32,000 bases of DNA from NCBI RefSeq assembly GCF_000400465.1, contig NW_008806275.1, positions 217,602-249,601 of the forward strand, written 5' to 3'. The stretch comes from Wallemia ichthyophaga EXF-994 (lineage: Eukaryota; Fungi; Basidiomycota). The position numbers were made by a program, and so were the translations under genes. Every line of letters starts with the position of its first letter. Position 1 is the first letter of the stretch. Of this stretch, positions 1-11,702 are shown piece by piece. The notes under the pieces are model-generated. The model did no database searches. It was not told the origin of the DNA and was given only the letters and a program-made list of their open reading frames with translations.

Positions 1-1236
1 GTATATGCTGCTGAGATGGGCGAGTACCTTAAGCATGTACCGGCAACAACGCTCCTGATTCCAACCAATAATGCATTTGAGGAGCTGGGCTATGCGATGA
101 AGTACTTGCTCAAGGGTCGCGCAAAGTCTGAATTGACCAAGTTGATAAATTACCACGTAATCAACGATATCGTATACTTATCTGATATGACTAACGGTAC
201 ATACAAGACGCTCTTAGACACAGATATTGATTTACACATTCGAGACAAAGGCAATGCAACAGAGAAAACAGTTGGCTCACTCCGCAACGAGGTTGGTTAT
301 TCTCTTAATGGGGAGGAAAGAAAGGCTGTGATAAAAGAAGGCGACATTCTCACTTCTAGCGGCGTCATACACATTATTGATCAGGTTGAACGACCTGCAG
401 AGGTTGACATCACCCTGAGAAAGTTGCTGAAGGGCAGCAACGCCAACACCATGCTTGATCTGTTCCAGAAGTCCGGGCTACACTGGCTCCTCGATGGAGA
501 CATACCACCTCCAGAAGACTACAACAATCCATACGAGAAGCGCAACACAAGTATTGGGCATCCTGTCAAACCATATACAGTGTTAACGCCAAATGACGAC
601 GCATTCACTCACATTAATCTCACGCACTACTATGATGACAGAGCAGCACTAGAAGCTCTAGTCAGAATGCACATCCTACCAGCACCCCCAGATTACCTCG
701 AAGACAGAGATCCATACAGTTTGGTAGAGCAGGATAATGTACCGCCTACGAATGGCGGACATCCTCTTTTTATTTACGACGACATGGCTTATCCATCTTT
801 GCTCTCTTATACTGAGGGTGGGCCATCCAAATACGGCGATGTGGCGTTCAAGAAAACGGAAAATGACTGGACCGTCGGTATCAAAGGAGCCAGAGATGTC
901 AACGGGCCTGAAGACTTTGCTATTGTCTTGGGATTTGGAAGGGCGTCACCTCACTTTTACAATTCCAGTATGTCTGCTTTAGACAGCAACAGCAACAACA
1001 AGGACTCAGACCAAGACGATCCACACTCTATGTCGATCGGCGGCGGAATTGTCGTGCTAGATAGAGTTCTGATACCCTACGAGCCTTCGTGGATCTACAG
1101 ATGGGGATGGATTGTTTTTACTGCTTTGGCAGGCACAGGTTTGCTTGGTGGTGGTGGATACGCTTCGTTTATAGCATACCAACGCAGAAAGGCATATAGA
1201 GCTGGCTACGAATCACTAGAAGGCGAAGAGGATTAA
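1..1236 (+). CDS. Fasciclin (FAS1) domain protein with C-terminal transmembrane helix, 5'-partial
   Basis: FAS1 motifs TLLIPTNNAFEEL, LINYHVI, GVIHIIDQV and TVLTPNDDAF; hydrophobic helix WGWIVFTALAGTGLLGGGGYASFI followed by basic RRK; frame is open from the window edge. Confidence 0.8.
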   Translation, partial: VYAAEMGEYLKHVPATTLLIPTNNAFEELGYAMKYLLKGRAKSELTKLINYHVINDIVYLSDMTNGTYKTLLDTDIDLHIRDKGNATEKTVGSLRNEVGYSLNGEERKAVIKEGDILTSSGVIHIIDQVERPAEVDITLRKLLKGSNANTMLDLFQKSGLHWLLDGDIPPPEDYNNPYEKRNTSIGHPVKPYTVLTPNDDAFTHINLTHYYDDRAALEALVRMHILPAPPDYLEDRDPYSLVEQDNVPPTNGGHPLFIYDDMAYPSLLSYTEGGPSKYGDVAFKKTENDWTVGIKGARDVNGPEDFAIVLGFGRASPHFYNSSMSALDSNSNNKDSDQDDPHSMSIGGGIVVLDRVLIPYEPSWIYRWGWIVFTALAGTGLLGGGGYASFIAYQRRKAYRAGYESLEGEED

Positions 1237-1331
1237 TGTGAATTGAAAATATAATTATAATAATGAATCAAAGGACAACCAAATTTTGTACTATTGAACG
1301 AGTTGTATAAATAGAAATAATTTAAGTACAT

Positions 1332-2500
1332 TTACGCCTGACCGATGGTTGCAAGCGCTTGACCCTTGAATTTTTCAAACAAATCCTTAGCTTCCGTCCA
1401 CACGCGTGCGGTGTTGCGGTTGGTTAACTCGAAGAGAGATGGGAGGAGGTCATGTGAGAATGCATCCGAAGACTCTCTTGGGAGGAGAGTAGGGAGGTGG
1501 TCGATTGAGACAACCTGCATTGGAGGAACGTCTGCATTTAACTCGACTGGTACTGTTGGCTTATCGAAGGTAGTATTAACGTTGTAGATTGGAATTGGGT
1601 TGTTTGGATTAGTAGTGTCACAGCTGACGTCTACAACTACCGACAATCTACGGTCCTTGCCTGCACTCTCGATGAATTGGCGATCGATAAAGTTTGGTAT
1701 TTTAGAGCTGAGGTAGATGCAGTTGACGAAGATATCAACATCGAGGATCTCCTGGAATGGGCCACCTTTTGCGGTCTCATTGATATCCCACTTGATAATG
1801 TTCTCATCTGCGAGACCGGCTTTTTGGAAGAGTGACACAGCACCTCTACCGCATCTGCCGAGTGCACCGATGACAAGAGCCTTGATAGGCTTGTTGGAGC
1901 TGCTTGCGGCGATCTTTTTCTTGAGATCGTCGATAAGCTCATCCTCATTAGGGTATGGCTCTAAATGACCAAGTTCTTTGTCTTCTTGCTGGGCAATATG
2001 TGAGAGCAAACCGACAGCTGCACCTGCAAAACCTGCGTGGAAGCCAAATGCAGCGACCCTGCGACCGCTGTTATCAGTGAGGAACTCCAAATCATACAGA
2101 CTTCCGCCTCCGTCTGCGAATCTCTTCAATACATCAGCCCAGCCAGCTTGTTGCTTGTAGCAGTGTGCGAATTGGATGTGGGTGTGCTCGAGCGGCTTGT
2201 CCTCGACTGGGAGCTCTTTCAATCCAATGATTAACGTATCTTTTGGCGCTGTTGGCCATGAGTTGTGTGGTGCGAGCTTTGCACCGACTCTGTAGCGTGT
2301 GAGTTACTTGTGCGTAAATTATCTTAAAAATAAACTCACTTCTCATACTCCTCGTCGTCGAAAATGCGCTGTGGGTCTCTCTCAATTGTCACATCGAATC
2401 CTTTATCGAGAAGCTGCTTCGTCGTTGCTGGCGTGAGCGCTGCTCTTTTTTCGAATTCCTTGGTCTCGCATCTGAGCCAGAGCTTTGGTGGTGTACTCAT
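1332..2500 (-). CDS. LYS1: Saccharopine dehydrogenase (NAD+, L-lysine-forming), ~372 aa, intron 2290-2339
   Basis: Spliced N-terminus MSTPPKLWLRCETKEFEKRAALTP; motifs IIGLKELP, FAHCYKQQAGW, RRVAAFG, IGALGRCG, VDVSCD, SIDHLPTLLPRESS; exon lengths sum to a multiple of 3. Confidence 0.95.
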
Positions 2501-3477
2501 TTTGATTTGCTTAGTGGTTTGAAAAGAAGAAGTCGGCTAGGTCGCTATCGGCGGTGTGAGTCATTGTGGTATGAGCTTGCGTGGCTGTGATATAGCTATA
2601 AATTCCTGTGAATATATTAAAACTAACACTGCTGAGGTGCATTTCTGTTGCAATTATATAAAATCCCCCTGATTGAACAAGCTGTGTGTAAAATATAGCT
2701 TATAATAATTCCATGATAGCCTTAGACAGATTAATTTTTAAGCGGACTTTTAAGAGCCGTTTTGGAACCCTCTGTCCGTTTTGAGATAGTATCACTGGTT
2801 GACAAGGATAAGCTGGCACCCTAATAGGCTGATATAGATTTTAGGCGTAACTTAAACGTTGTGGTATATCCTGAAGTTCTTTAAAATCAAAAAGAGTCGC
2901 GTTTAAGGCCTCTTGAGGGTTTGATATATATTGATGTAAAAATGAATGTTTATAAGCATTAATGGGGTAGTGGTAACCTCGATCGTTGCCATCGATCGGC
3001 CCCCGGTTCAATTCCGGGTTAATGCATTTACTTTTGCATCTCAAACCTTCTATCTGCAATTCGATACCTTTTTCTTTTGTCTTCCATATTTTATTTGCGA
3101 ATTTTTTATACAAATTGACAATTACCTTTTAAGCATCAGAAACCGAATGGAACTTTCAGAGCGATTTTCAATCCACAATTGACAACTGCCAGACGAAACG
3201 TAGAGGTCGGAGGAAGCCAGATTTTGCTAGGCAACTGTAAGTAGATTACTCTGTCATTCTCAACCACCCCTGTTATTCCCGAAGCGAGCCAAAAATTTAG
3301 TTAAGTTGACTCAGATGATGATTCAGATATGACGTGATGTCATCCGACACATTCATTCAAGTACCTAGTGATGAAAAGGTTCCTAAGATCCAGACCTTTT
3401 GTTCACTAGATAAAAGCCGCTCGATTTCTTCATGTCTTTGTCCGCATACACTGAACAGGTTTCTCACTCTCTTTAAA

Positions 3478-3934
3478 ATGTTTTACAAGTCAATCGTCGT
3501 CGCCGCTATCGCCTCAATGGTCGCTGCCGCACCTACCCAAACTGGTGCCCCTGCAGCTAAGCGCTCAGCAGACTCCTACGGTAACCAAGCCACTTGGTAC
3601 AATGCTGAGACCGGAAACCGTGGTGCTTGCGGCCAGTACTTATCAAACGACGATCGTTTTGTCGCTGTCGGATTTGGCTCACCAATCCCATGTGGACAGT
3701 GGATGGTGGGTGAAAAGACTAACTATTCGACCCCACTAACAACAAATGCAGGGCTTCAACGTCAACGGCGTCACTAGCTACGGTTACGTTGCCGACAAGT
3801 GTGCTTCATGCGCCAACAACCACTACGACATGTCCGAAGCCCTCTTCAACGACTTTGGTGCATTCGGCCAAGGTGTCATCAACGACATCTGGGCATGGCA
3901 AGTCGATAGCTGGGTTGAGCCAAGCACCCTCTAG
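3478..3934 (+). CDS. Secreted expansin-like/RlpA-like double-psi beta-barrel protein, copy 1 (~136 aa, intron 3706-3751)
   Basis: Signal peptide MFYKSIVVAAIASMVAAAP; ATWY..GACG, FVAV, CGQ, VADKCASC..HYDMSEALF pattern typical of fungal DPBB/loosenin-like proteins; GTGGGT..ACTAAC..CAG intron joins two ORF-track fragments. Confidence 0.85.
3484..3798 (+). repeat. Direct repeat shared by the two expansin-like genes (partner 5240-5554, offset 1756)
   Basis: Read by eye as identical over 3484-3765 including intron 1, one synonymous SNP (aac/aat), then identical to 3798. Confidence 0.9.
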
Positions 3935-5171
3935 ATTGCACTTGGCACATTGTGCTTTGTGCACTTTGATTTCTCTGGTTAGATCGAAGTTATAGACATA
4001 GACAAAACTGCAAAACTGTAAAAATTCTACTGTGCTTCTCTATGCACTACTGTACACTCTTTGTTAATACACTCATTGCAAATTTTTTTTTGTTTCAGTC
4101 TATACCAACGTATAAATGCTCAATATCTGCCTGTCAACACATAAATGCTTAACATCCGCAGCCGTGTTTGACAATGCTCAGTCGTGTGTTTAGTATTATG
4201 TATGATATTCACGCAACTAGATAGGGTCTCATACGCGCCAAATCTCGGTTTAGGTCGTGTTATACCTTCCAGAGTGTCCGATAGTGCAGAGCCACGAGTA
4301 AGCTGTAGATCCAGTACAATCAAAATCTGCACCTCTATTGATCCATTCACATAAAATAATATATAGTATTCCATCAAATCATGCACTAATTCTCAAATCA
4401 ATTCAAATATGTTATCGTTGTGGTATATAGAAAAGTATCTGACAACATGCCAACGGCCCATTTCCCATCTACCAATTGTCCAGCTGCTTAGAACGAGAGC
4501 TTTAAGCACTGATGAGAGAGTCTTCTTGCGTGGAAAACCCGACAAGCTAGCGTGAGACATAACCTCTAGCGTGGGGCATAAAATTTAAGGTTTCAACATG
4601 TAAACCATAGTCGGGATCGTAAAAGCTGTGCTGTTAACGCTATAGAATGATATCTTCATACCTATCTTATCTGAATTTGTTCACCTTGGAGTTCCCGACG
4701 CTAAAAGTTCGAAACCAAAGTTCCGACACCAAGCTGACACTTAGGAACAAACGATATCACAGGTTAATAGAGTAATTAAACACAGCTTTCTCGAATTTTA
4801 CCACAGACTGCATCTTAAACATTCGCAAATTTGTTTTCAAGTTGGAGTGTCTCACCATAAAATCTTGTAGAGGTCAAATACCGCATAATCAGCTTCAAAA
4901 TCAGCTTTAGAGAATGTCTCCCGTTTCCCTGAAGCTAGGCGCCAAGCTTTTGGTGTTAGCGACGATTCGAAATTTGGCAAAAACTGGACTCACACTATCT
5001 GCTTCCAGAGAATGCCAAACTGTTACACATGTGGGATAAACTGAAATTAATTCACACGATTAGTTCCGAAAAGCTGTACAATTCGCTAGAAATCGTCATC
5101 TAACACACGATTAAGTTACAAGTCTCACCTCAAGAGTTCCTGGAGGACGAAAATCTCGAACGTCTTGTGGG

Positions 5172-5181
5172 ATATAAAAGT
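5172..5181 (+). promoter_or_regulatory. Probable TATA box of expansin-like copy 2
   Basis: GATATAAAAG about 55 bp upstream of the ATG at 5234; coordinates approximate. Confidence 0.5.
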
Positions 5182-5233
5182 TGAGAATCATTTGTAGCTC
5201 TTCTTTATCTACAACACGCACACTCTCTTTACA

Positions 5234-5711
5234 ATGTTCTACAAGTCAATCGTCGTCGCCGCTATCGCCTCAATGGTCGCTGCCGCACCTACCCAAACTG
5301 GTGCCCCTGCAGCTAAGCGCTCAGCAGACTCCTACGGTAACCAAGCCACTTGGTACAATGCTGAGACCGGAAACCGTGGTGCTTGCGGCCAGTACTTATC
5401 AAACGACGATCGTTTTGTCGCTGTCGGATTTGGCTCACCAATCCCATGTGGACAGTGGATGGTGGGTGAAAAGACTAACTATTCGACCCCACTAACAACA
5501 AATGCAGGGCTTCAACGTCAATGGCGTCACTAGCTACGGTTACGTTGCCGACAAATGTGAGTTGCAGAATGCTTGTGCCAAAATTTTCTAACAAGATAAA
5601 GGCGCTGCATGTGCAAACAACCACTACGACATGTCCGAAGCACTCTTCACAGATCTTGGTTCAATGCCTCAAGGTGTATTGAACGACGTTTGGGCCTGGC
5701 AATTGGACTAA
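5234..5711 (+). CDS. Secreted expansin-like/RlpA-like DPBB protein, copy 2 (~128 aa, introns 5462-5507 and 5557-5601)
   Basis: 5' part identical to copy 1; second intron GTGAGT..CTAAC..AAG restores CAACANNHYDMSEALFTDLGSMPQGVLNDVWAWQLD*. Confidence 0.85.
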
Positions 5712-5962
5712 GCGAGACGCAAACGGATTGGCTCTCTGGAAGGACCAATGAAATAGAGCAATACTAAGTTCATATTATAATGTGCAGCGCACATCCACAC
5801 TCATTGTAACAATAACACTCATTCATGTATTTGCATCTCTTATCAATTTCCGTGACTGGAGTAGATAATCCGTGTAGTGTACACGATATCCTGCCTCCTC
5901 AATAGCTGCCGTTGCCGCTGCCGCCTCTCTAACTTAAACCACCAAGAACTGGCACTGCGCAG

Positions 5963-7455
5963 ATGAGGGTAGGCACAGAGCTAATATCTCGAATATGGAC
6001 TCAGAAATTATCAGGAAAGCAATATAATAGTTATAGAAACAGGCAGGACGATGCTCGCAGGCAAGCCGCTCGGAGAAATATTCCACAAGCCTCAGCTGCA
6101 ATTCGAAGCAAAAGTCGGCGTCAAGAAGACGACGCTGGATGGAATAGCCAAGGGCGATTTAGATGACAGCATGGACACGGATGAGAAGCAGCCGATGCGT
6201 CTCAGGCCATCGAGTTATCTCGTAGGACAGCAACTTGAAGATACCTTACTGGCGGGAGAGCCTATTGAGATAAGTTATCCGTGGCGTGATGGTCGTATAC
6301 ACGACTGGATTGGTGCAGAGGCCCTTTGGAAACACGCCCTTAAGCAGCTTCTTGGGAACCCACGTGCTGCAACTGCTTTGGTGTTGGTCACTGTCCCACA
6401 CGGACTGTCAAAGGATGAAAGCGAGAAGATTACTCAAATCTTCTTTGAAAGATTTAACGTTCCTGTGTTTGCACTGTTAGAACGCCCCGTCCTTGGTCTC
6501 TATGCTTCAGGCAGTGTCAATGGTCTTTTCATCGATATAGGCTACGACTCTACTGATGTTGTACCAGTACTGGAAACTATGCCTCAGTATACGGCTGCTA
6601 CGCACTGGAGGTTTGGCACACGGGAGCTGTCAGTCTATCTCGCAAGTCTGCTGAAGAGCGACAGCCATCTGCTCGCACATGAAAAGCTTAGCGCGTTGGG
6701 GGAGCAAGAGAAATTTAACGCTTTGGTCGAGATTGCTCAAGAGCTGTTCAACCATCCTCACTCGCTCTCGCTTCTACCCGAGGAAGACGAGAAAGAGAAG
6801 AAGAAAGGAGAGGAGTTGGATATCGCAGCCGCACTCGTTAGTGGTCAAGAGCAGAATTTAATTGATGAAAAGGACGCAAAGGAAAATAACCCAGCAGCCT
6901 CTCAAGGGAGATTTGAGGTGCAGTGGCGCGGAAGCACTGTATCTGTTGGGAAGATAAGACAAAGATTTTGGGAGCCATTGTTTAACATGAACCTCCTGAA
7001 AGGCTTGAAAGGAGTTGATGAGGAGCAGACACGAGTTAGTCTACCTGAGGCTATCGTGTATACATTAGATCAGTGCGAGATTGAAACGAGGCAGCAAATC
7101 TTGAATGGACTGGTGTTGGCAGGACCTCTGGCTGGCTCCAAGGGCTTCTCGCAATTGCTAGCACCACATATCGAACCATACCTCAGCAAAGGTGACAATA
7201 ACGAGTTGCAGGCATCAGCATCAGCTATCAAGGTGCTCAAAGTACCAGATTACTTTGCAGACTTCAAAAAAAGAGATGATTTAAACACTTTCCTGGGCGC
7301 TAGTATTGTAGCAAAAGTAAGAGTCGCCAGAGTATAGCAATAGCGCTAACGATTTCCAGATAACATCAGCAGATCACTCGAGCTTCGCCATCACCAAAGC
7401 AGACTACAATTTGAGAGGACCAGCGGTGATCACGGTGACCCCATACCTTGTGTAA
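5963..7455 (+). CDS. ARP9: Nuclear actin-related protein, Arp9-like (RSC/SWI-SNF), ~467 aa, introns 5969-6014 and 7317-7359
   Basis: Actin-fold motifs (M)RESNIIVIETGRT, YPWRDGRIHDW, QIFFERFNVP, FIDIGYDSTDVVPV, KVPDYFADFK, FLGASIVAK; start exon inferred. Confidence 0.75.
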
Positions 7456-7486
7456 TTAACTAATTTATGTGTTTTAATAGTACAAT

Positions 7487-7989
7487 CTACAATTCCTCAT
7501 GTGTTACTTTTCCAGGACCCGTCGCACCGTCAAGAAGCTCAATATCGAAAACAAGAGTAGAACCAGCAGGGATAGGACCAATAGATCTGTTCCCGTATCC
7601 CTGTGCAGGCGGTATTGTTACTTTGCGTCTCTCGCCTTGACACATGCCTAGAACGCCCTTTGAGAGCGTTAGGAGGGGAAAAAAAAGGGAGAAAAGAAGG
7701 GTAACAAGAAACGCACCTGCTCCCAGCCAGAAATGACCTGATTCGCACCCAATTTGAAGGTAAAAGGATGCCTACCAGGCTTTCTACTCGAATCAAAAAC
7801 GGTACCTTGTTCGAATAACGATCCAACGTAATGCATTTTCAGGTTATCACCATTTTGCGCTGTATGTAAACAAGGATCAGCTTTTTCTTTGATTCCAATT
7901 TGAAGTGTTGTAGGTGGTTGTTTGGATGTAGCAGCAGCAGCGCCAGCAGCACCTAAAAGGAGACCAATAAATGATATAAAGTTAACCAT
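7487..7989 (-). CDS. FPR2: ER FKBP-type peptidyl-prolyl isomerase (FKBP2/FKBP13), ~147 aa, intron 7658-7716
   Basis: Signal peptide; [62 protein letters not shown]; ends in the ER-retention-like HEEL*. Confidence 0.93.
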
Positions 7990-8059
7990 AATATTTAATA
8001 GGATTTTAATTTTAATTTTATATTACGTCGATGATGGTTGTTATCAACGTTCATCACAA

Positions 8060-10649
8060 ATGAAGACATCGCCTCAAACGATAAACGATGTGCCGCACAA
8101 GCCTGTGACTGATTACACCCGATGGAGGTTGATAGTTACTGACGTCGGCAGGCACCAGTGGAAGTATCTCTCCCCTGAGCAATCGGCTGCTTCTCCGCAG
8201 AGTATTGAAGATAAATACTGGTTGGGATTGGATATTGTGGGTTTTATATCCCAGTATCACAATTACACTCACCTAATCATCCTTAGAATCTACCTCAACT
8301 CCCTGAGCCACGAAACCCCCTCGACGCTGCTCGTAATGGTCTGTTGAAGCCTTTGCTCTTCCGTTTCGCTCATTCACTCCACCAGGCTTCAAATTCTACA
8401 AGCAAATTCAATCCGTAGATGGCCACTGGGCTGGTGAATATGGAGGTCCCATGTTCTTGCTTCCTGGTCTCGTTATTTCAAATTACATATCAGGTGTGAA
8501 ACTCGCCGAGGAACAGAGAGTGGAAATTATTCGCTATCTCTTTAACAGAGCTCATGAAGTTGATGGCGGCTGGGGAATGTGAGCAGTCTACATTTCATCA
8601 TGCCTGTCTAACGATGTCCAAGACATATTGAAAGTCCATCCACTGTATTCGGTACAGCGCTAAACTATACAGCGCTTAGGCTTCTTGGTGTTGAAGCAGA
8701 TCACCCTGTCATGACTAAAGCTAGGGGGACTCTGCACAAGCTTGGTACGTAGAATGGCTTATAGAAAGACGAATACAGCTAATGCACACAGGCGGTGCAA
8801 CTGGATCTCCAGCGTGGGGGAAGTTTTGGCTTGCTTGCTTAGGTGTATACGATTGGGATGGTGTCAATCCAGTACCACCTGAGCTCTGGTAGGTCTAATA
8901 ATATTGTTTGGACTTTTTTCACTCTGTGTCTAGGTTGCTACCAGATTGGCTGCCAATACATCCTACCAAATGGTGGATACACTGCAGACAGGTGAGTTGG
9001 TAATATTCAAAGATTTTGCCTCCTAATTGAATACAGATTTACCTCCCAATGTCATACCTCTATGGGAAGAGATTCATAGGCCGATCGACTGAGCTTACAG
9101 AGCAGCTGAAACAAGAGCTGTATGTGGATCCGTACGCTAGTATTGATTGGTCTGCACAGCGGAACAACGTCAACAAAATCGATCTCTTCCAACCACATTC
9201 AGCTGTAATGGACGCCCTTAATGCTGCTCTCTACTACGGATATGAACCCTGCTCTATACCACCGCTTAGACAAGCAGCTCTAAGGAAAGCTTACACGCAT
9301 ATCGTTCACGAAGATGAGAACACATGTTATCAGGGATTAGCGCCTATCAATAAGGCTTTCAACCAGCTCTGCCGTCTGGATGCTGATGGGCCTGATTCTA
9401 ACGCCGTCAAGAAGCATTTGGAAAAGACAAATGACTTTTTGTGGCTTGGTCCTGATGGCTTGCGTGAGACTGGTACAAACGGATCTCAGCTGGTAGGTGG
9501 GAGGGTGTAAGAGGTAGGTATTTTATTGCTCACCAACACATAAGTGGGATGCTGCATTCATTGCTCAAGCACTCGTTGAGACGGGACTTGGCGAAGAAGA
9601 AGAAAACAAGCAAGCCACTGAGAAGCTCCTTGAATGGATTGACAAATGCCAAATAAGACAAGATCCGCTCTATCCAGCTTACCGTCAACCAACTAAAGGT
9701 GCATGGCCATTTAGTACAGCTGAACAAGGATATACGGTCAGTGACTGCACAGCTGAAGGCATAAAGTCTGTCATATACCTTCAGGAGTATTTGAAGTGAG
9801 TATGAAGTGCGCGCAAAGCTATTTTTAAACTCCTACCAGGCACACAAAACACCACGTCTCGTATGAACGTTTACATGATTCAGTCGATCTGCTACTAGGG
9901 ATGCAGAACGCAGATGGTGGTTTCGCATCGTATGAGCTGACGAGAGGCTCGAAACATCTCGAACTCCTCAACCCTGCTGAAGTTTTCGGTAAGATTATGG
10001 TCGAATACTCGTACCCAGAATGTACAACATCTGTCGTTACGGCACTGTCACTGTTCAAGAAGCACCAGCCAGATTATCGTAGAGAGGATATAGAAAGGAC
10101 AACAAATGCAGCTATCAAGTATATTCATGCCGCACAAAGAGAAGATGGAAGTTGGTATGGGAGTTGGGCCATTTGTTTCACGTATGCGGCTATGTTTGCT
10201 TTAGAGTCGCTTTCTTCGGTAGGAGAGCACTACGAGAACAGTGAAAAAGTAAGAAAAGCATGCGAGTTTCTTCTCAGCAAACAGAAAGAAGATGGTGGAT
10301 GGGGAGAATCTTATTTGAGTTGCGAGACAGAGGAATACACTCAGCACCAAGACAGTCAGGTAGTGCAGACTTCGTGGGTCGTTCTTGCGTTGTTGCATGC
10401 CAGATACCCACATAAAGAGCCAATCAAACGCGCTGTACGATTGATAATGAGTCGACAAAACAAAGACGGTAGTTGGACGCAGGAAGCGATTGAGGTGAGT
10501 GGTTTAATGATATTCAAACCGTCTAATGCAGATGCTACTAGGGTATATTCAACAAGAATTGCGCTATTTCATATCCAAATTACAAGTTCTCCTTCACAAT
10601 CTGGGCATTGGGGAAGGCGTATCGAGAAGTGGGTGATATTGAATGGTAA
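8060..10649 (+). CDS. ERG7: Lanosterol synthase (oxidosqualene cyclase), about 9 introns
   Basis: [32 protein letters not shown], catalytic SDCTAEG (~9742), QW repeats ([33 protein letters not shown]), final exon [16 protein letters not shown]. Confidence 0.95.
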
Positions 10650-11009
10650 TGACGTGATACATTAAGATTTGCCTTCTCGCCTTGCTTTGAGCTGGGAGAG
10701 TGTGAGTGTGGTGGTGGGAGTGTTATCAATGTTTGCTTACCCAGAGTGCCTTACAATCTTGGGCTAATGTGAGCTGTGCGGGGCTATAAAAATGAGACTC
10801 ACTCCTGTAATTCTCGAAAACCTCTTTGCAGTTCTCTTTCTGATAGTAGTTGTCTTCTAAACACTCGAAGCTCTTCTTTGCAGCGTCGGCGCAGGGGCTG
10901 TATTGAGATTAATTCGGCAGAATGATTGCAACTAACACCCTCACTCATTAAATTTTGTAACCTTATCTTTAGCCTCGGCGCCGCTCATTGTTCTTGTTGA
11001 AGAACCGTT

Positions 11010-11670
11010 ATGGCGTCACAACCACCAATTCCTCCGCCAGCTCCCAAGCCGTTGCCACTTGGGTATGAGTCACCAAAAGACAAGGCATATCGCAAATTGG
11101 TTGAACAGCCATTGGTTCCTATTGGTGGGAATGTATCGAGTTGAGTGACAGACAAACGCTGACGTAGGCATAGGAATCGGTGCGACGATTATAGCGCTCA
11201 CACGCGCAGCCATGGAGATTAGAAGGGGTAACAGCAGAGCAGCGAACAAGTTCTTCAGATACAGAGTCTATGCGCAGGGAGCCACCGTTGTCGCAGCCGT
11301 TGGCGGTATGTGGTACTATGGTACAGCGCAGGAGCAAAAGGGCGCTAGAATAGAGAGGGATCGATTGGCCCGAACGGCTGAATTTGAGAAGAGACTTGAT
11401 GACCTCAATCAGGCTGGCGTAGGCGAACAAGCGATGACTAGCTTCCGGAAACACGCTTCTGAAGCTGATAAACGCAAGGTTAGCACTATTGCTGATCTTG
11501 ATCTCACCGGCACTTCCTGGGACAAGTTGCCGGCTGAAACTGCCCCTGCGTCCGAGAAAACACCCGAGAAGACACAGCAAGTCAACACAAGCAACCCACC
11601 TATGCCAACATCAGGGAGATTCTCACAGAAAGATCCATTGGCTTCGAATAGAGGAGGTAAAAGCGAGTAA
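11010..11670 (+). CDS. RCF1: HIG1-domain respiratory supercomplex factor
   Basis: YRKLVEQPLVPI/GIGAT..RRGNSRAANKFFRYRVYAQGATVVAAVGG, joined by one intron after ~11123. Confidence 0.85.
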
Positions 11671-11702
11671 AATGGATTTATCTTGTAATCTACATAACAA
11701 TC

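Noticed and set aside
3368-3454. Possible C/D box snoRNA (GTGATGA..CTGA)
   Set aside because: No terminal stem or recognisable rRNA-complementary guide; such short motifs arise by chance
3334-3477. N-terminal extension of expansin-like copy 1 in the ORF track
   Set aside because: Starts at a non-ATG codon, would bury the signal peptide and is absent from copy 2; the ATG at 3478 fits
4120-4386. 88-aa minus-strand ORF between the expansin-like genes
   Set aside because: No motif or homology recognised; compatible with a chance ORF in AT-rich spacer
8060-10649. Triterpene biosynthetic gene cluster around the oxidosqualene cyclase
   Set aside because: Neighbours are housekeeping genes (FPR2, ARP9-like, RCF1, TRM82); no P450, transferase or pathway regulator, so this looks like primary ERG7
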